Part shown: positions 12,318 through 26,782 of the stretch, piece by piece
How positions within the stretch are numbered: the first letter of the stretch is position 1
How the letters are laid out: each line of letters begins with the position of its first letter
From: Chara braunii
Lineage: Eukaryota; Plantae; Charophyceae
Length of the DNA stretch: 64,000 bases
Direction of reading: 5' to 3'
Assembly: GCA_003427395.1 (NCBI GenBank)
Contig: BFEA01000025.1
Span: forward strand, 4,823,659 to 4,887,658
Position numbers and translations under genes: made by a program
Notes under the pieces: model-generated
What the model was told of the DNA's origin: nothing
What the model saw: the letters and a program-made list of their open reading frames with translations, nothing else
Database searches by the model: none

Positions 12318-15300
12318 GTAGAAAAGAGTGTCGTAGAGTGTCGTAGAGTGTCGTAGAGTGTCATAGAATGTCATAAAATATCGTAGAATATAGTAAAATG
12401 TCATAGAGTACAGTAGAGTACAGTACGACAGAGTGGAGTAGAGGACTAAAGTAGAGTAGAGTGTCGTAGAGTAAAGTCTTGTAAAGTAGTGTTGTAAAGA
12501 GTGTCATAGAGTAGAAAAGAGTAGAGTAGATGAGAGTAGAGTAGAGTCGAGAAGAGTAGAGTAGAGTCGAGTAGGGTATCAAAGAGTAGAGTTAAGGAGG
12601 GAAGAGTAAAGTAGAGTTGAATAGAATGTCATATAGTGGAGTTGAGTGTCATAGAATGTCATAGAGTGTCGAATAGTAAAGTACAATAGAATGTCTTAGA
12701 GGAGAGTAGAGTATCGTAGAGTAGACTAAATTATCGTAGGGTAAAGTAAAGTAGAGTATAGTGGAGTAGAGTAAAGTATATTATAGTGCCATAGAGTGCA
12801 GTAACGTGTCATAGAGTGTCGTCGAATAGATTAAAGCAGAGTGTCGTAGAGGAGAGTAGAGTGTCGTAGAGTAGAGTGTGGCAGAGTAAACTAGACTAAA
12901 GTGTCGTAAAGTAGCGAAGAATGGAATGTCATAAAGTAAAAAAGAGTAGAGTGTCGTAAAGTAGAGAAGAGCCGAGTGTTGTAGAGTACAGCATCATAGA
13001 ATAGAGTGTCGCAGAGTAGGGTAGAGTGTCACTAAGTACAATAGAGTAAAGTAGAATATAATAGAGTACATTAAAATATGGTAGAGTATCACAAAGTGTT
13101 GTAAAGTAAAGTGTCGTACAGTAGAGTAGAGTATAGTGGAGTACAGTAGAGTGCAGTAAAGTAGAATGAAGTAGAATACAGTATCGTAGAGTAAACTAGA
13201 GTGCCCTAGAATGTCGTAGAGTAAAGTAGCGTGTCGTAGAGTAGAGCAGAGTACAATATCGTAGAGTAGAGTAAAGGGTCGTAGAGTAGTAGAGTGTTGT
13301 AGAGATTTGTAAAGTCGAGCGTTGTAAAGTAGAGTGTTGTAGAGAAGAGTGTTGTAGAGTAGAGTGATGTAGAGAAGAGTGTTGTAGAGTAGAGTAGAGT
13401 AGAGCAGAGTAAAGTAGAGTTTCCTAAAGTAGAGTGTTCTAAAGTATAATAGAGTGTTATAGAGTGTCGTAGAGGATAATAAAGTAGAATAAATTAGAGT
13501 AGAGTGTTGTAGAGTGTCGTGGCGTAGAGTAGAGTAGAGTAGAGTATAATATATTAACGTAGAGTAGAGCAAAGTAGTGTAGACTAGAGTAGAGTAGAAT
13601 AGGGTAGACTAGAGTAGAGTACAGTGTCATAGAGTACAGTAGAGTGTCATAAAATACAGTAAAGTGTCATAGAATACAGTAGAGTCTCGTAAAGTGTCGT
13701 AGAGTAAAGTATAGTAGAGTATCGTGGAGGAAAGTAGGGTGTCGTAGAGTACAGTATCGTAGAGTAGATTGTCGTAGAGTAGAGTAGAGTAGAGCAGAGT
13801 AGAGTAGGGTGTCATAGAGTTGAGTAGAGTATCGTAAAGTGTCGTCGAGTGAATTACAGTAGAATGTCGTAGAGGAGAGTAGAGTATCATAGAGTAAATT
13901 GTCTTAGAGTATAGTAGACTGTACTAGAGTAACGTACAGTACAATAGAGTGTCGTAGAAAAGAGTAAAATAGACTAGGGTGTCGTAGAGCAGAGTATAGT
14001 GTAGTAGAGTAGAGTGTCGTGGAGTAAATTACAGTAGAGTGTTGTAGAGTAGAGTATCATGGAGTAAATTGTCTTAGAGTAGAGTAGATTATAGTAAAGT
14101 AGAATACAGTAGAGTGTCGTAAAGTAGAGTAAAGTATACTAGAGTGCCGTAGAGCAAAGTATAGTGTAGTAGAGTAGAGTGTCGTACTGTAGAGTGTCGT
14201 GGAGTACATTAGAGTGCAGTAGAGTAGAGTAGAGTAGAGTAAAGAAAAGTAGGGTACAATTGAGTGTCGTAGAGTACAATAGAGTAGAGTGTTGTACTAT
14301 AGGGTAGAGTAGAGCGGAGTAGAGTGAAGTAAATTAGAGTATCGTAGAGTGGAGAAGAGTAGAGAAGAGTAGAGAAGAGTGTCATAGAGTGTCGTAGAGT
14401 AGAGTACAGTACAGTAGAGGAGAGGAGAGTAGAATAAAGTAGAGTGTTGTAGATTTGAGTGTTGTAGAGTAGAGTGTCATAGAGTAGAGTGTCGTAGAGT
14501 AGAGTGTAGTTGAGTGTCGAAGAGCGTCGTAGAGTATCGTAAAGTTAGAGTAGAGTATAGTAGAGTGTCGTCGAGTAGAATATAGTAGAATGTTGTAGAG
14601 TAGAGTAGAGTAGAACAGAATAGAGTGTCATAGAGTATAGTAGAGTGGAATAAAGTGTCATAAAGTAGAGTATAGTAAAGTAGAATGTCGTAGAGTATAG
14701 TAGAGTAGAGTAAAGCAGAGTAGAGTAGAGTAGAGTAGAGTGGAGTAAAGTAGATCAGGGTTAAAGTAGAGTTTTGTAGAGTGCCGCAAAGTACCGTTGA
14801 GTGTCATAGACTGTCATTGAGTACAATAGACTTTCGTGCAGTGTCACAGAGTAAAGTAGAGTGTCGTCGATAGATGACAGTAGACAGTAGAGTGTCGTAG
14901 AGTGTCGTAGAGTAGAGTAGCGTATCGTAGAGTAGATTGTCGTAGAGTAGAGTAGAGGACTCGAAGAGTGTCGTAGAGTGCCATAGAGTAGAGTCAAGTG
15001 TCGTAAAGTAGAGTAGAGTCTCGTAGAGTAGAGTACATAGTTGTAGAGTAGAGAAGAGTAAAGTAGAGTAGAGTAAAGTAGAGTCGAGTAAAGTGTCATA
15101 GAGTATCGTGGAGCAGAGTAGAATAAAGTAGAGTATAGTATAGTGTCGTAAAGTAGAGTAGAGTTTCCTATAATGTCGTGGAGTGGAATAGAGTGTCGTT
15201 GAGTAGAGTAGAGTGTCGTAGAGTACAACAGAGTGTTGTAGAGTAAAGTAGAGTGTCGTAGAGTAGAGTGGAGTGTCGTAGAGTAAAGAAGATTGTCGGA

Positions 15301-18300
15301 AAGTGTCGTAGCATAGAGTAGAGTACAATAGAGTAGAGAGTTGTAGAATAGAGTACAGTAGAGTAGAGTTTTGTACAGTAGAGTAGAGTATAGTAAAATA
15401 TCGTGGAGTGTCGTAGAGTAGATTATAGTAGATTGTCATCAAGTAGAGTAAAATAGAGTTTTATACAGTAGAGTAGAGTAGATAATCATAAAGTAGACTA
15501 GAGAAGATTGTCGTCGAGTATAGTAGAGTAGAGTGTTGTAAAGTGTTTTAGAGTAGAGTGTTTTAGAGTACAATGTCTTAAAGTAAAGTATTGTAGAGTG
15601 TTATAGAGTATAATAAGAGTGTTGTAGAGTAGAGTGTTGTAGAGTAGAGTGTTATAGAGTGGAGTGTTGTAGAGTGTCGTGGAGTACAATAGAGTAGAGT
15701 AGAGTAGAGTAGAGTAGAGTAGAGCAGAGCAGAGCAGAGCAGAGTAGAGTAGGGTAGAGCAGAGTAGAGTAAAGTANNNNNNNNNNNNNNNNNNNNNNNN
15801 NNNNNNNNNNNNNNNNNNNNNNNNNNNNNNNNNNNNGTAGAGCAGAGTAGAGTAAAGTACAGTGTCATAGACTACAGTAGAGTGTCATAGAGTACAGAGT
15901 ACAATAGAGTAGAGTAGAGTAGAGTAGAGTAAAGTAGAGTAGAGTCGAGTATTGTAAAGTCGGGTAGAGTAGAGTAAAGAAGAGTAGAGTAGAGCACAGT
16001 AGAGTAGAGTAGAGTAGAGTACAGTATCATACACTACAGTAGAGCGTCATAGAGTACAATAGAGTGTCGTAGAGTGTCATAGAGTAAAGTGTAATAGAGT
16101 GTTGTAGAGAAAAGTAGGGTGTCGTAGAGTATAATATCGCAGAGTAGATTTTCGTAGAGTATCGTAAAGTAGAGCAGAGTAGAGTAGAGTAGGGTGTCAT
16201 AGAGTTGAGTAGAGTATCGTAAAGTGTCGTCGAGTAAATTATAGTATAGTGTCGTAGAGGAGCGTAGAGTGTCATAGAGTAGAGTATCAGTGAGTAAATT
16301 GTCTCAGAGTGGAGTAAATTAGAGTGTCGTAGAGTAGAGAAGAGTGTTGCAGAGTACTAGAGAAGAGTGTCATAGAGTAGAATAGAGTAAAATAGAGTAG
16401 AGTAGAGTAGAGTAAAGTAGAGTAGAGTAGAGTAGAGTAGAGTAGAGTGGAGTAGAGTAGAGTAGAGTAGAGTGGAGTAAAGTAAAGTATAATAAAGTAG
16501 ATTATTGTAAAGTAGAGTGTCGTAGAGTAGAGTGTCGGAGAGTAGAGTGTCGTAGAGTAAAGTGTCGTAGAGTAAAGTGTCGTAGAATATAGTAAAGTAG
16601 AGCAGAGTATAGTTGAGTAAAGTAGAGTAAAGTAGAGTCCCGTAGAGTAAAATAGAGTGGAGTATAGTAGAGTGTCGTAGAGTAGAGTATAGTAGAATGT
16701 TGTAGAGTGTTATAGACTGTCGTAGAGTAGAGTAGAGTAGAGTAGAGTAGAGTATAGTGTCGTAGAGTATAGTATAGTAGAGTGTCGTAGAGTATAATAG
16801 AGTAGAGTGTCGTAGAGTAGAGTAAAGTCTTGTAGAGTAGAGTAGAGTATAACAGAGTGTCATAGAGTAAAATAGAGTGTCGTAAAGCAGAGTAGAGTAG
16901 AGTGTCGTAGAGTATAGTAGAGTCGAGTGTCATAGACTATAGTAGAGTGTTGTAGAGTAGATTAAAGTAGACCGGAGTTAAGTAGATTAGGATAAAGTAG
17001 AGTTTTGTAGAGTGCTGCAGAGTGTCGTTGAGTGTCGTAAAGTGTCGTTGACTACAGTAGACTGTTGTGGAGTGTCATAGAGTAGAGTAGAGTGTCGTCG
17101 AATAGAATACAGTAGAGGAGAGTAGAGTGTCGTAGAGTAAAATAACGTATCGTATAGTAGGTTGTCGTAGAGTAAAGTATAGTAGATTGTCGCATAGTGT
17201 TATAGAGTATAGTAGAGTGTCGTAGAGTAGAGTAGAGTGTCATAGAATAAATTACAATGTTGTAGAGTAGAAAAGAGTAAAGTAGAGTAGAGTAATGTTT
17301 CATAGAGTGTCATGGAGTAGAGTAGAATATCGTAGAGTAGAGTAGAGTGTTGTAGAGTAGAGTGGAGTTTCCTAGAGTGTCGTGGAGTAGAATAGAGTAT
17401 CATAGAGTACAGTAGAGTGTCGTGGAGTACAACAAAGTGTCGTAGAGTAGAGTAAAGTGTCGTAGAGTACAACAAAATGTCGTAGACTAGAGTAGAGTGT
17501 CGTAGAGTAAAGTAGATTGTCGGAGAGTGTCATACTAACATAGAGTAGAGTACAGAGTTGTAAAGTAGAGTTTTGTACAGTGGAGTAAAGTATATATTAG
17601 AATAGACTAGAGTTTCGTAGAGTGGAGTGTCGTAAAAGTTTCGTAGAGTGGAGTGTCGTAAAAGTTTCATAGAGTAGAGTATAGTAGATTGTCGTCAAAT
17701 AGAGTAGAGTAGAGTTTTTAGCAGTATAGTAGAGTAGAGTGTCGTAGAGTAGATTGTCGTCCAGTAAAGTAAAGTAAAGTGTTGTAGAGTGTTTTAGGGT
17801 ATAATAAAATTTACTATATTAGAGTAAAGTAAAGTAAAGTAGAGTGGGTAAAATATAGTAAAGTAGAGTGAAGTAGAATGACGTAGAGTGTCATAGGATA
17901 AACTAGAGTTGCGTGTCGTTGAGTATAATAGAATAGAGTGTCGTAGAGTACAGTGTTGTGGAGCTTTCAGGAGAGTATAGTAAAGTAGAGTAGAGTAGAG
18001 TGGGTAAAGCATAGTAAAGTCAAGTGGAGTAGAGTATAGTAGGATGTCGTAGAGTAGAGCGTCGTATAGTTTCGTAGAGAGTCGTAGAGTATAGTGTGGT
18101 AGAGTGTCTTAAAGTGAAGTAGAGTGTAGTAGACTAGAGTAGACCAGAGTAGAGTAGAGTGGGTGGAGTAGAGTATAATAGAGTGTCGTAGAGTATATTA
18201 GAATTATCGTAGAGTAGAGTGTCGTAGAGTAAAGTAGAGTAGAGTAAAGTGTAGCAGAGTAAAATAGAGTAGAGTAGTAAAGTATAGCAGAGTAAAAAGA

Positions 18301-20568
18301 GTAGAGTAGAGTAAAATGTCGAAGAATAAAGTAGAGTACAATGTCGTAGAGTAGAGTGAAGTGTCTTACAGTGTCGTAGAGTAGAATGCGGTATTGTAGA
18401 GTACAGTAGAGTGTCCTTCAATGTCGTAGAGTATAATAGAGTATTGTAGAGTAGAGTAGAATGTCGTGGAGTAAAGTAGAGTGTCGTAAAATAAAGTAGA
18501 GTGTCGCAGAGTATAATAGGGCAGAGTAGAGTAGAATAGAGTAGAGTGTCGTAGAGTAGAGTATAGTATAGTAGAGTGTCGTAGAATATAATAAAGTGTT
18601 GTACAGTCTCGTAAGATAGAGTTTGTAGGGTGTCTTAGGGTGTCGTAAAGTGTCATAGAGTACAAAAGAGTGTCGTAAAGTATTTTAAAGTGTCGTAGAG
18701 TAGAGTAGAGTAGTCGTAGAGTATCGTAGAGTGAAGTGTCACAGAGTAGAGTAGAGTGTCGTAGAGTATAGTAGAGCAGAGTAAATTGTCGGAAAGTGGA
18801 GTAGAGTGTCATAGAGTAGAGTGTCATAGAGTAGAGTGTCGCAGAGTAAAGTAAAGTAGAGTGTCGTAGACTAGTAGAGTATTGTAGAGTGTCGTAGAGT
18901 AGAGTGTCATAGACTAAAGTAGAGTAAAATGAAATAGAGTACAGTGTTGTAGAGTAGAGTAGAGTGTCTTAGAGTGTCGTAGAGTAGAGTAGAATGTCGT
19001 AGAGTATAGTAGAGTACAATGTCCTCGAGTAGAGTAGAGTGTCCTACAGTGTCGTCGAGTAGAATAGAGTGTTGTAAAATACAGTAGAGTGTCATTTATT
19101 GTCGTAGAGTAAAATAAAGTGTCTCTGAGTAAAGTAGAGTAGAGTAGAGTAGAGCAGAGTGGGTGGAGTAGAGTAAAGTATAGTGGAGTAGAGTAGAGTA
19201 GAGCAGAGTGGGTGGAGTAGAGTAAAGTATANAGTGGGTGGAGTAGAGTAAAGTATAGTGGAGTAGAGTAGAGTAGAGCAGAGTGGGTGGAGTAGAGTAA
19301 AGTATAGTGGAGTAGAGTAGAGTAGAGTAGACTGTCGTATAGTGTCGTAGAGTGTCGTAGAGTAGAGTAAATATTCGTAGAGGAGAGGAGAGTTTTGTAA
19401 CGTATCGTAATGTGTCGTAGAGTAGAGTTTTGTAGAGTGTCGTAGAGTGTCATAGAGTAGAGTAGACTAGAGTAGAGTTGAGTAGAGTAGAGACTCATAG
19501 ACTAAAGTACAGTACAGTAAAGTACAATACAGTGTGGTACAGTAGATCAGAGTGTCATAGGGTAGAGTAGAGTAGAGTAGAGTATAATAGAGTAGAGTAT
19601 AATATAATAGAGTAGAGTAGAGTAGAGTAAAGTGTCGCAGAGTGTAGTAGAGTAGATTGTTGTAGAGTAAAGTACTGTATCATATAGTAGAGTAGAGTAG
19701 AGTAGAGTAGAATAGAGTAAAGTGGCGTACAGTAGAGTAGAGTGAAGTGTCATAGAGTAAAGTGTTGTAGAGTAGATAGAGTGTTGTGAATTAGAGTAGA
19801 GTATCGCCGAATAGAATAGAGTAGAGTGTCGTAGAGTAGAGTGTTGTCGATTGTCTTAGAGTAGAGTAGTGTAGAGTGGGTAGATTAGACTAAAGTAGAG
19901 TGGAATAATGTAGAGTAGACTGTCGTAGAGTAGAGTAGCGTAGAGTGTCATAAAGTGTCGTAGAGTAGAGTATAGTCGAGAAGAGTGTTGTAGAGTAGAC
20001 TGTTGTAAAGTAAAGTAGAGTAGAGTAGAGTACACTAGAGTAGAGTCAAGTATAGTGTCGTAAAGTAGAGTAGAGTAGACTAGAGTAGAGTCGAGTATAG
20101 TGTCATAGAGTAGAGTAGAGTGTCGTAGAGTAGAGTTTTGTAGAGTCTCGTAGAGTATTGTAGAGTGTTGTAGAGTACTATAAAGAGTTCTAGATTGTCG
20201 TAGAGTAGAGTAGAGTGTCATAGAGTGAAGTAGAGTGTCGTAGATTGTCGTAGAGCGTCGTAGAGTATCGTAGTGTGTCGTAGAGTATCGTAGAGTGTCG
20301 TAGTGTGTCGTAGAATAGAATGTCATAGAATAAGATAGAGTGAAGTGGAGTATTGTATCGTATCGTACAGTAGACTGTCGTGAAGTATAGTAAAGTAGAG
20401 TAGAGTAGAAAAAATATCGTAGAGTAGTACGTATAGTAGAGTATCGTAGAGTAGAGTGTCCTGGATTAGAGTGTCATAGAGTAGAGTGTTGTGAAGTAGA
20501 AGCGTAAACTGTTGTATAATAGAGTAGAGTGTCGTAGGGTAAAGTGTTGTAGAGTGTCATAAAGTACA
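12318..20568. repeat. Degenerate pentamer-based satellite (AGAGT)n with TGTCGT/TGTCAT variants, ~8.2 kb
   Basis: Continuous AGAGTAGAGT/AGAGTGTCGT tracts. All LLYST-rich minus-strand ORFs here derive from it. Confidence 0.97.
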
Positions 20569-20616
20569 GTGTGTGTGTGCGTGTGCGTGTGCATGTGCGT
20601 ATCACATGTATGTCTA

Positions 20617-20647
<31 letters not shown>

Positions 20648-20800
20648 GTGTGTGCGTGTCTGTATATCTGTGTATGTGTGTGTGTGCCCCCGTATGTGTG
20701 TGTGTGTGTGTGTCTCTGTGTGTCTGGTTGTGTCTGTGTGCGAGTGTGTATGTGCGTGTTTGCCCCTGCGTGTGTGTGTATGTGTGTGTGTGTGTGTGTG
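20569..20800. repeat. Imperfect (TG)n microsatellite at the satellite end
   Basis: TG tract followed by one more satellite unit (TCGTAGAGTAG). Confidence 0.95.
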
Positions 20801-21019
20801 TCGTAGAGTAGTTTTTTTTCAAAGTTGAGGGTTAGCCCCTTGCCCCCCACACTTTAGACTTTGATCCATATCATGCATCACCACATACAAAACCCGCACC
20901 CCCTAATAAGTGTCCATGAAATTTTTGTTTTCCCTGATAAATGGTTAAACCACCACTGCCCCTGCCGTCCGAAATTTGGGGGGACTGGTAACACAGGTTC
21001 ATGAGGGCTACCAGTAGCA

Positions 21020-21630
21020 CAGTGGGAGAGCTGGCAAGCGACAAAAATGTACATTCGTCGAATTCTGGCCGTGATTTTTTTTGCAGTTTAAATTATTTTT
21101 TATAATTTCTTAGATATTTTTCATCGAAAAATCACCACGAAATTTACATACCCTGCCATTTTCAGATCTCTTGACGTTTTTTTTTTAGCATGAAAAATCG
21201 TTGAAGTTGGGGTAGTTATCTTGTTGGGCCACACATGGTAAAGTGGCAAGAATGGGAACTGAGATGATTTGGCACGACATTTATTTCACGATCTTAAATA
21301 AATTTTAAAACTTTTTAAATGTTTTTCATGGAAAGATCACGACAAAATCTACAGGCTCTTCGATTTGCAGAGTTATGGAGTCATCCTTCTTAGCGCAAAA
21401 AATCACAAAAGCTGGGGTACTTTTCCCATTGATCAACACGTGTCAGAATGACAAAAATAAAAAATGTAACGAAACAGCGTAACATTTATTTCTCGGTCTA
21501 ATTTTTTCTTTCTTCATTTTTTATATGTTTTCTGAACAAATCACAACCTAGTCTACAATATCTCAATGTTTCATTTTTTTTCTTAAATTAGTTTGAGCAC
21601 GAAAAATCGTCAGAGTTGGCGCTTAAAAAT
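21020..21630 (-). repeat. AT-rich element with about three degenerate ~200-bp subunits, inverted relative to the 24.6 kb and 25.8 kb copies
   Basis: TTGGGCCACACATGGTAAAGTGGCAAG is close to the reverse complement of TGCCACTCAACCATGTGTGGGCCAA (25887) and TGCCACTTAACCACATGTGGGCCAA (24697). Confidence 0.6.
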
Positions 21631-24091
21631 TGTGAGACTAGACCCGACTGCCATATTGTGCAACGTTAGGGTTTGGACACACAAGCACATCTTGACCTGC
21701 CAACAGCATGACGTCGGATACACTTCATAAAGAAGCGGTCCCCAAAAACACATCGGGACCTAATCGACTTGAATGATTATCAGATCATGTAGTTGTGTAT
21801 CTTAAATTTGTGGGTGGATTCAAACCCTGACGACAACCACTGACAATTAACTTCATAATCTTATTATNNNNNNNNNNNNNNNNNNNNNNNNNNNNNNNNN
21901 NNNNNNNNNNNNNNNNNNNNNNNNNNNNNNNNNNNNNNNNNNNNNNNNNNNNNNNNNNNNNNNNNNNNNNNNNNNNNNNNNNNNNNNNNNNNNNNNNNNN
22001 NNNNNNNNNNNNNNNNNNNNNNNNNNNNNNNNNNNNNNNNNNNNNNNNNNNNNNNNNNNNNNNNNNNNNNNNNNNNNNNNNNNNNNNNNNNNNNNNNNNN
22101 NNNNNNNNNNNNNNNNNNNNNNNNNNNNNNNNNNNNNNNNNNNNNNNNNNNNNNNNNNNNNNNNNNNNNNNNNNNNNNNNNNNNNNNNNNNNNNNNNNNN
22201 NNNNNNNNNNNNNNNNNNNNNNNNNNNNNNNNNNNNNNNNNNNNNNNNNNNNNNNNNNNNNAAAAAAAAAAAAAAAAAACACCTGGCCGGAAAACAAATG
22301 ACGCGAAAACCGCTAAACGACAAACGAAGAACAAAAAGAAAATAAATATTCATGTGGCTTGGAACATATGAAAAACAACAACAACAACAACAATCGCGCT
22401 GCTTGCTTATCAACGGCGACCACTTCAAGATATTTCATCGCATCTACGCCCGCCGATGCTCGGCCCCGTAGACCCTTGCTCACGTTTGCTGGTACGTTGT
22501 GAACAGTTTGGTACGCGCACCGCTTTACACGCCCCCCCACCTCGATCGCCTTTATCCGCCCGTCCGCATATAAACTTCAGCCCGATTTCGAAGCGCACCA
22601 GGCAATCGACCTCACCCGCGCGGCAAATGCTCCTTAAGGGATAAGATTCATATCCAGTTTTAAAACTTGCATGAAGTAATATTTTTCAGTGTCTGTTTCA
22701 TATGGGTTTAGTGTTTTTTATAGATCGATCATTGTTTTTTTCTTCTTAAAAAAAACAACGTAATTGTAAAATTTATCATTCGAAAAAAAAATCAGTGATA
22801 TTATCTTAAAATTTAAACCCATAAATTTTATTTACCTAAGTTACTTACACACAGTTTACCTTCGTTAATTGACAACTCAATGAGGTTTTATCATTCCTTC
22901 GTTTTTTAGATTGAGCGGCTTATATTTTTTACGTCCTTTATAAACTTTAAATTATGTGAATCATATAGGTTAATATTTTAAGCGTGATCTCGTTAATGTG
23001 TTAGTTTTATAAACAAGGAAGTTGCACTTCACTGAAAAATAACCAAAATTCATGTGGTGGGATTAAGGTGTATTTCATCTAGTAGCAAACGCGAAACCTG
23101 TTGTTGTTGTTTTTTCCCGTTTTAATTTTTTATCGTTTTTTTTTTTTTTCCTCTCTGTCTCTATTCTTCTCTATCTCCCTCCTTTTGAACATAGTGCAAG
23201 ACCAATTGATGGGAGGTCAAGTGCAGTTGCATATTAAAACTTGACTCACATCTTTGCCATACCCATTTTTCTCTTTTAAAAATTCTAAAAATATTAAAGT
23301 CTTGAAACCCTAGTACTTGACTCGTATATTAGTCGTGGGTCCTTGTTGTATATACATTGTAATTTTCGGAGTCTTTGCAACCACTTCAAGTTCCATTAAC
23401 GGTTTGCATCGGTTCGTTTATTAGCGCGCAGAGCGTTATCAATTAAAATAAAAGTGTATTTGAAGTGCTAGAGACTTAAGGATACATTCTCCACGCTCAT
23501 GCAGTTAGCCAATATGAGAGGTTATTCTTGATCATGTTTTGCAGGGGCAGCAACAGGGGCATCTCGCACTTAGACAAAAGGTGTTATGATAAATTCCAAC
23601 GGTGGTAAAAGCAACATTATAACATGATCATTTTCGCTTTGTCCTTGTATTGGTCATCTTGGCCCAGAGAAAGGATGTAGAATACCTTCATCGAGTATAA
23701 ATTATATTGTTAAGGGTATGTAACACAGTGACTAGGTGTCAATGACTTTGTCATCTAAAAAAACTAAACTAATGCCTTATAAGGGCATATGAAAAAGATG
23801 GTGATTGAAAAATGGGGTATTGAGCAAATTTAAAAAGTTGTTGGGAAGGAAGTACTCGGCACGCCTTTCTTTTAGGCATATGATAAAGTTTTTTGAAACA
23901 ACCCAAACCTATTGACTTATCGTGAGAGCACGGGTTTGCAACTCATAGTTGGTCTGTTGATGTGGTTGAGGAAGGATAAGGTATTGGTTATATTGTGTTT
24001 ATGTTTTGTAACATTCGTTATATATATATGTAAAAATGTGTGTGTGCTCGTATGTGTTTATATGTGAGTGTGTGTATGTGTGCGTATTTGT

Positions 24092-24136
<45 letters not shown>

Positions 24137-24254
24137 TTGCAACACATTGCATGTTAGTGACTCAGAGCACAAAGGAAAAAGCTAAGACTATGGTATGGTG
24201 TTTTTTTATTCGCAACCCAAAGACTATGGTATAGTGGGCTTCAACGCCCGTGTC

Positions 24255-25162
24255 AACATGTCGCATTTGTGGTGGCAGGCGACCAAGGCACGAGTGGGTT
24301 CTTAGGTGACAAAACTTTTGGGGGAATCAGTGCTTGGCGGTATTGCGGACGACCTACAACTAGCTCTCGTAGAACCGGGACTTAAAAAAAAAAGTAAGGA
24401 ATGATCATGAAGTGGAAGCGGACCCCAAAAAGAAGTAAGAAGGGAAGGCATCGTCGGGAGTCTCATATGTAGGTTGTCCAAAGTGGAGGGTATCAGCGGA
24501 TTATGGTCTACTACCATAATTTGCAAGAGGCAACTTTGATGATTTCTTTTGTTCGAATGAATTAGCACGCAAATTTAAAAATTTGCAAATTTATAGGTAA
24601 GTTTCTGATCTTTCCATTAAAAATATCAGAAAATTTTCAAAAAATCATTAAGACCAAAAAATAATCGTCGCACCAATTCAACACATATTTTATTTTTGCC
24701 ACTTAACCACATGTGGGCCAACTGAAGAAGTACTCAAACTTACGTGATTTCTCACACTAAGAAGAATGTGTAAATAAATATAAAAATTTGAGTGCTTGTT
24801 AAATTTTTTTTTATAGTTCCAAGAAAAGTATAAATAAACTATGGAGTTTTTCATGCTCGGGTGGGTTCGCATGCCCGGGCACCGGAGTGTGCAATTTTTT
24901 TTTGCCTTTCTACGCTCTCCTGGAGGACCCCAAATCTGGGCTCATTTCATTTTTTGAGAGTTCGCTGTCAAGGGGGGGGGAAGGTGGGTATAAATTATTT
25001 TTAAAGGGGCAAAGAGAGGTTAAAGGGGGGTCCTTTAGTGTGATTTTGTTATTTTGTTTTTTATCTTTGATTCCGTGAGGAATTCTGATGTGACCCTTAG
25101 CTGAAAGTTGTTTGTATTACAATTTTACANTTTACACAACATTTTTTTTTTTTTTTTAAATT

Positions 25163-25196
<34 letters not shown>

Positions 25197-26040
25197 GCCG
25201 AGACTGTCCGAAAACGTGTCCGAGGGTCATGCCCGGCTGGGCACCCGGGCATGTATCCGGGCACAAGTTAGCTGTCCGGGTACCTGGAAAAAAAAACTTG
25301 TAAATAAAATAAATAAAAAGAATTTCAACCATGAAATAAATCGAGGCTGCAAGTTCGTAGCCTTAAGGCTGCAGTATAGTGGACTTCGACATCTGTGTTA
25401 AGGTGTCTCATTTTTTGCGGCGGGCGACCAAGACGCAAAGTGGGTGTTTAGGGGGCAAAACAATTTTGGGGACCGGTGCTTGACAAAATTGTGGACTACC
25501 TACAACTAGCTCTGGTAAAACCGGACTTTTGGAAAAAGGATGGACCGGTCCTCGGGTGGAAGCGAACCCCAGAAAAAAGTAGGGGCGTTGGACCGTTCCT
25601 CAAGTGGAAGCAAACCCCAAAAATAAGTGAGGGCATGTGTACTACAAAAGGACCCTCAGGCCCAAGCGTTGACGCCCGTCTTCTCAAAACAGGGAGGTTG
25701 CGTCAGACGTTTTGCAAGAGGCAACTTTAAAGATTTTTTGTGCTCGGAGGAATCCGCAGAAAAATATGAAATTTTGAGAATCCATAGATGAGGTCGTGTT
25801 TTTTCCAGGAAAACATTAGAAGATTGAAAAAAAATCATGTAGACCGTAAAATAATCATCGTGCCGATTCGGTACATTTTCCACTTGTGCCACTCAACCAT
25901 GTGTGGGCCAAATGAAAAAGTACTCCAAATTAAGTGAGTTTTCGCGCTCAGAAGAATGCGTGAAAAAACCTGAAAATCGGAGTACTCATAGATTTTGTTG
26001 TGATCTTTCTGGAAAAAATGCTAAATAAAAAAATAAAAAA
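24255..26040 (+). repeat. Two direct ~600-bp copies (24255-24860 and 25395-26040) of a non-autonomous element
   Basis: Shared blocks GGCGACCAAG, CCTACAACTAGCTCT.GT.AACCGG.ACTT, GTGGAAGC, TTGCAAGAGGCAACTTT and AATAATC.TCG. Confidence 0.75.
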
Positions 26041-26335
26041 TAATTCCAATGGTGAAATAGATTGCGACCGCAATTTGATCCATATTTCAATTTTGTCATT
26101 CAACCTGTTTCTCTCTCTCTCTCTCTGTGGTAGGCCACCCCCCCTCCCTCTCTCTTTATCTCTGTTTCTTTCTTTCTCTTACTCTCTGTCTCTCTCTCTC
26201 TCACTCATATCAACAAATGAAACAATACTCTCTCTCTTTCTCTCTGGTAGGCCCCCCCCCTTTCTCTCTCTCTATCTCTCTTTCTTTCTCTCTCTCACTC
26301 CTTGTCTCTCTCTCTCACTCATAGCAATAAATGAA

Positions 26336-26410
<75 letters not shown>

Positions 26411-26782
26411 TCTCTCTCTCTTGCGCGCTCTTAGTCTCATTGCCTTGGGTACATAGGTTGTGTTCCCCTCGCCCACGCGGTAGACAATACCCATATTTCA
26501 TTTTTGTCATCCAGACTCTCTCACTCTCTTTTTGGTAGCGTTCCGCCCCCTCCTTGCGCACGCTCTTGGTCCAATTGCTTTGGCTACCTTGGGGTTGCGT
26601 TCGTTGAGTTCGCCACGCCCACGTGGTAGATAATTCGAGAAAGTGGGTCAGGGGCCGTTTTGTTTTTCTTCCAGGACCGCGGCCAATACTGGTCTTGCAC
26701 CTGTAAGGACTGCCCGCCCCCTAGAAGCCCCTGCCTGCAATTCTAACGCCCTTCCAATGACCAATTGGGCCTAGGGGCGGGA

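Noticed and set aside
12361-20850. Many long LLYST- and HT/CV-rich ORFs
   Set aside because: They are translations of the satellite and (TG)n tracts.
21018-21049. RSS/Transib-like CACAGTG...ACAAAAATG
   Set aside because: Spacer is 16 nt, no partner end was found, and the nonamer-like part belongs to a repeated subunit.
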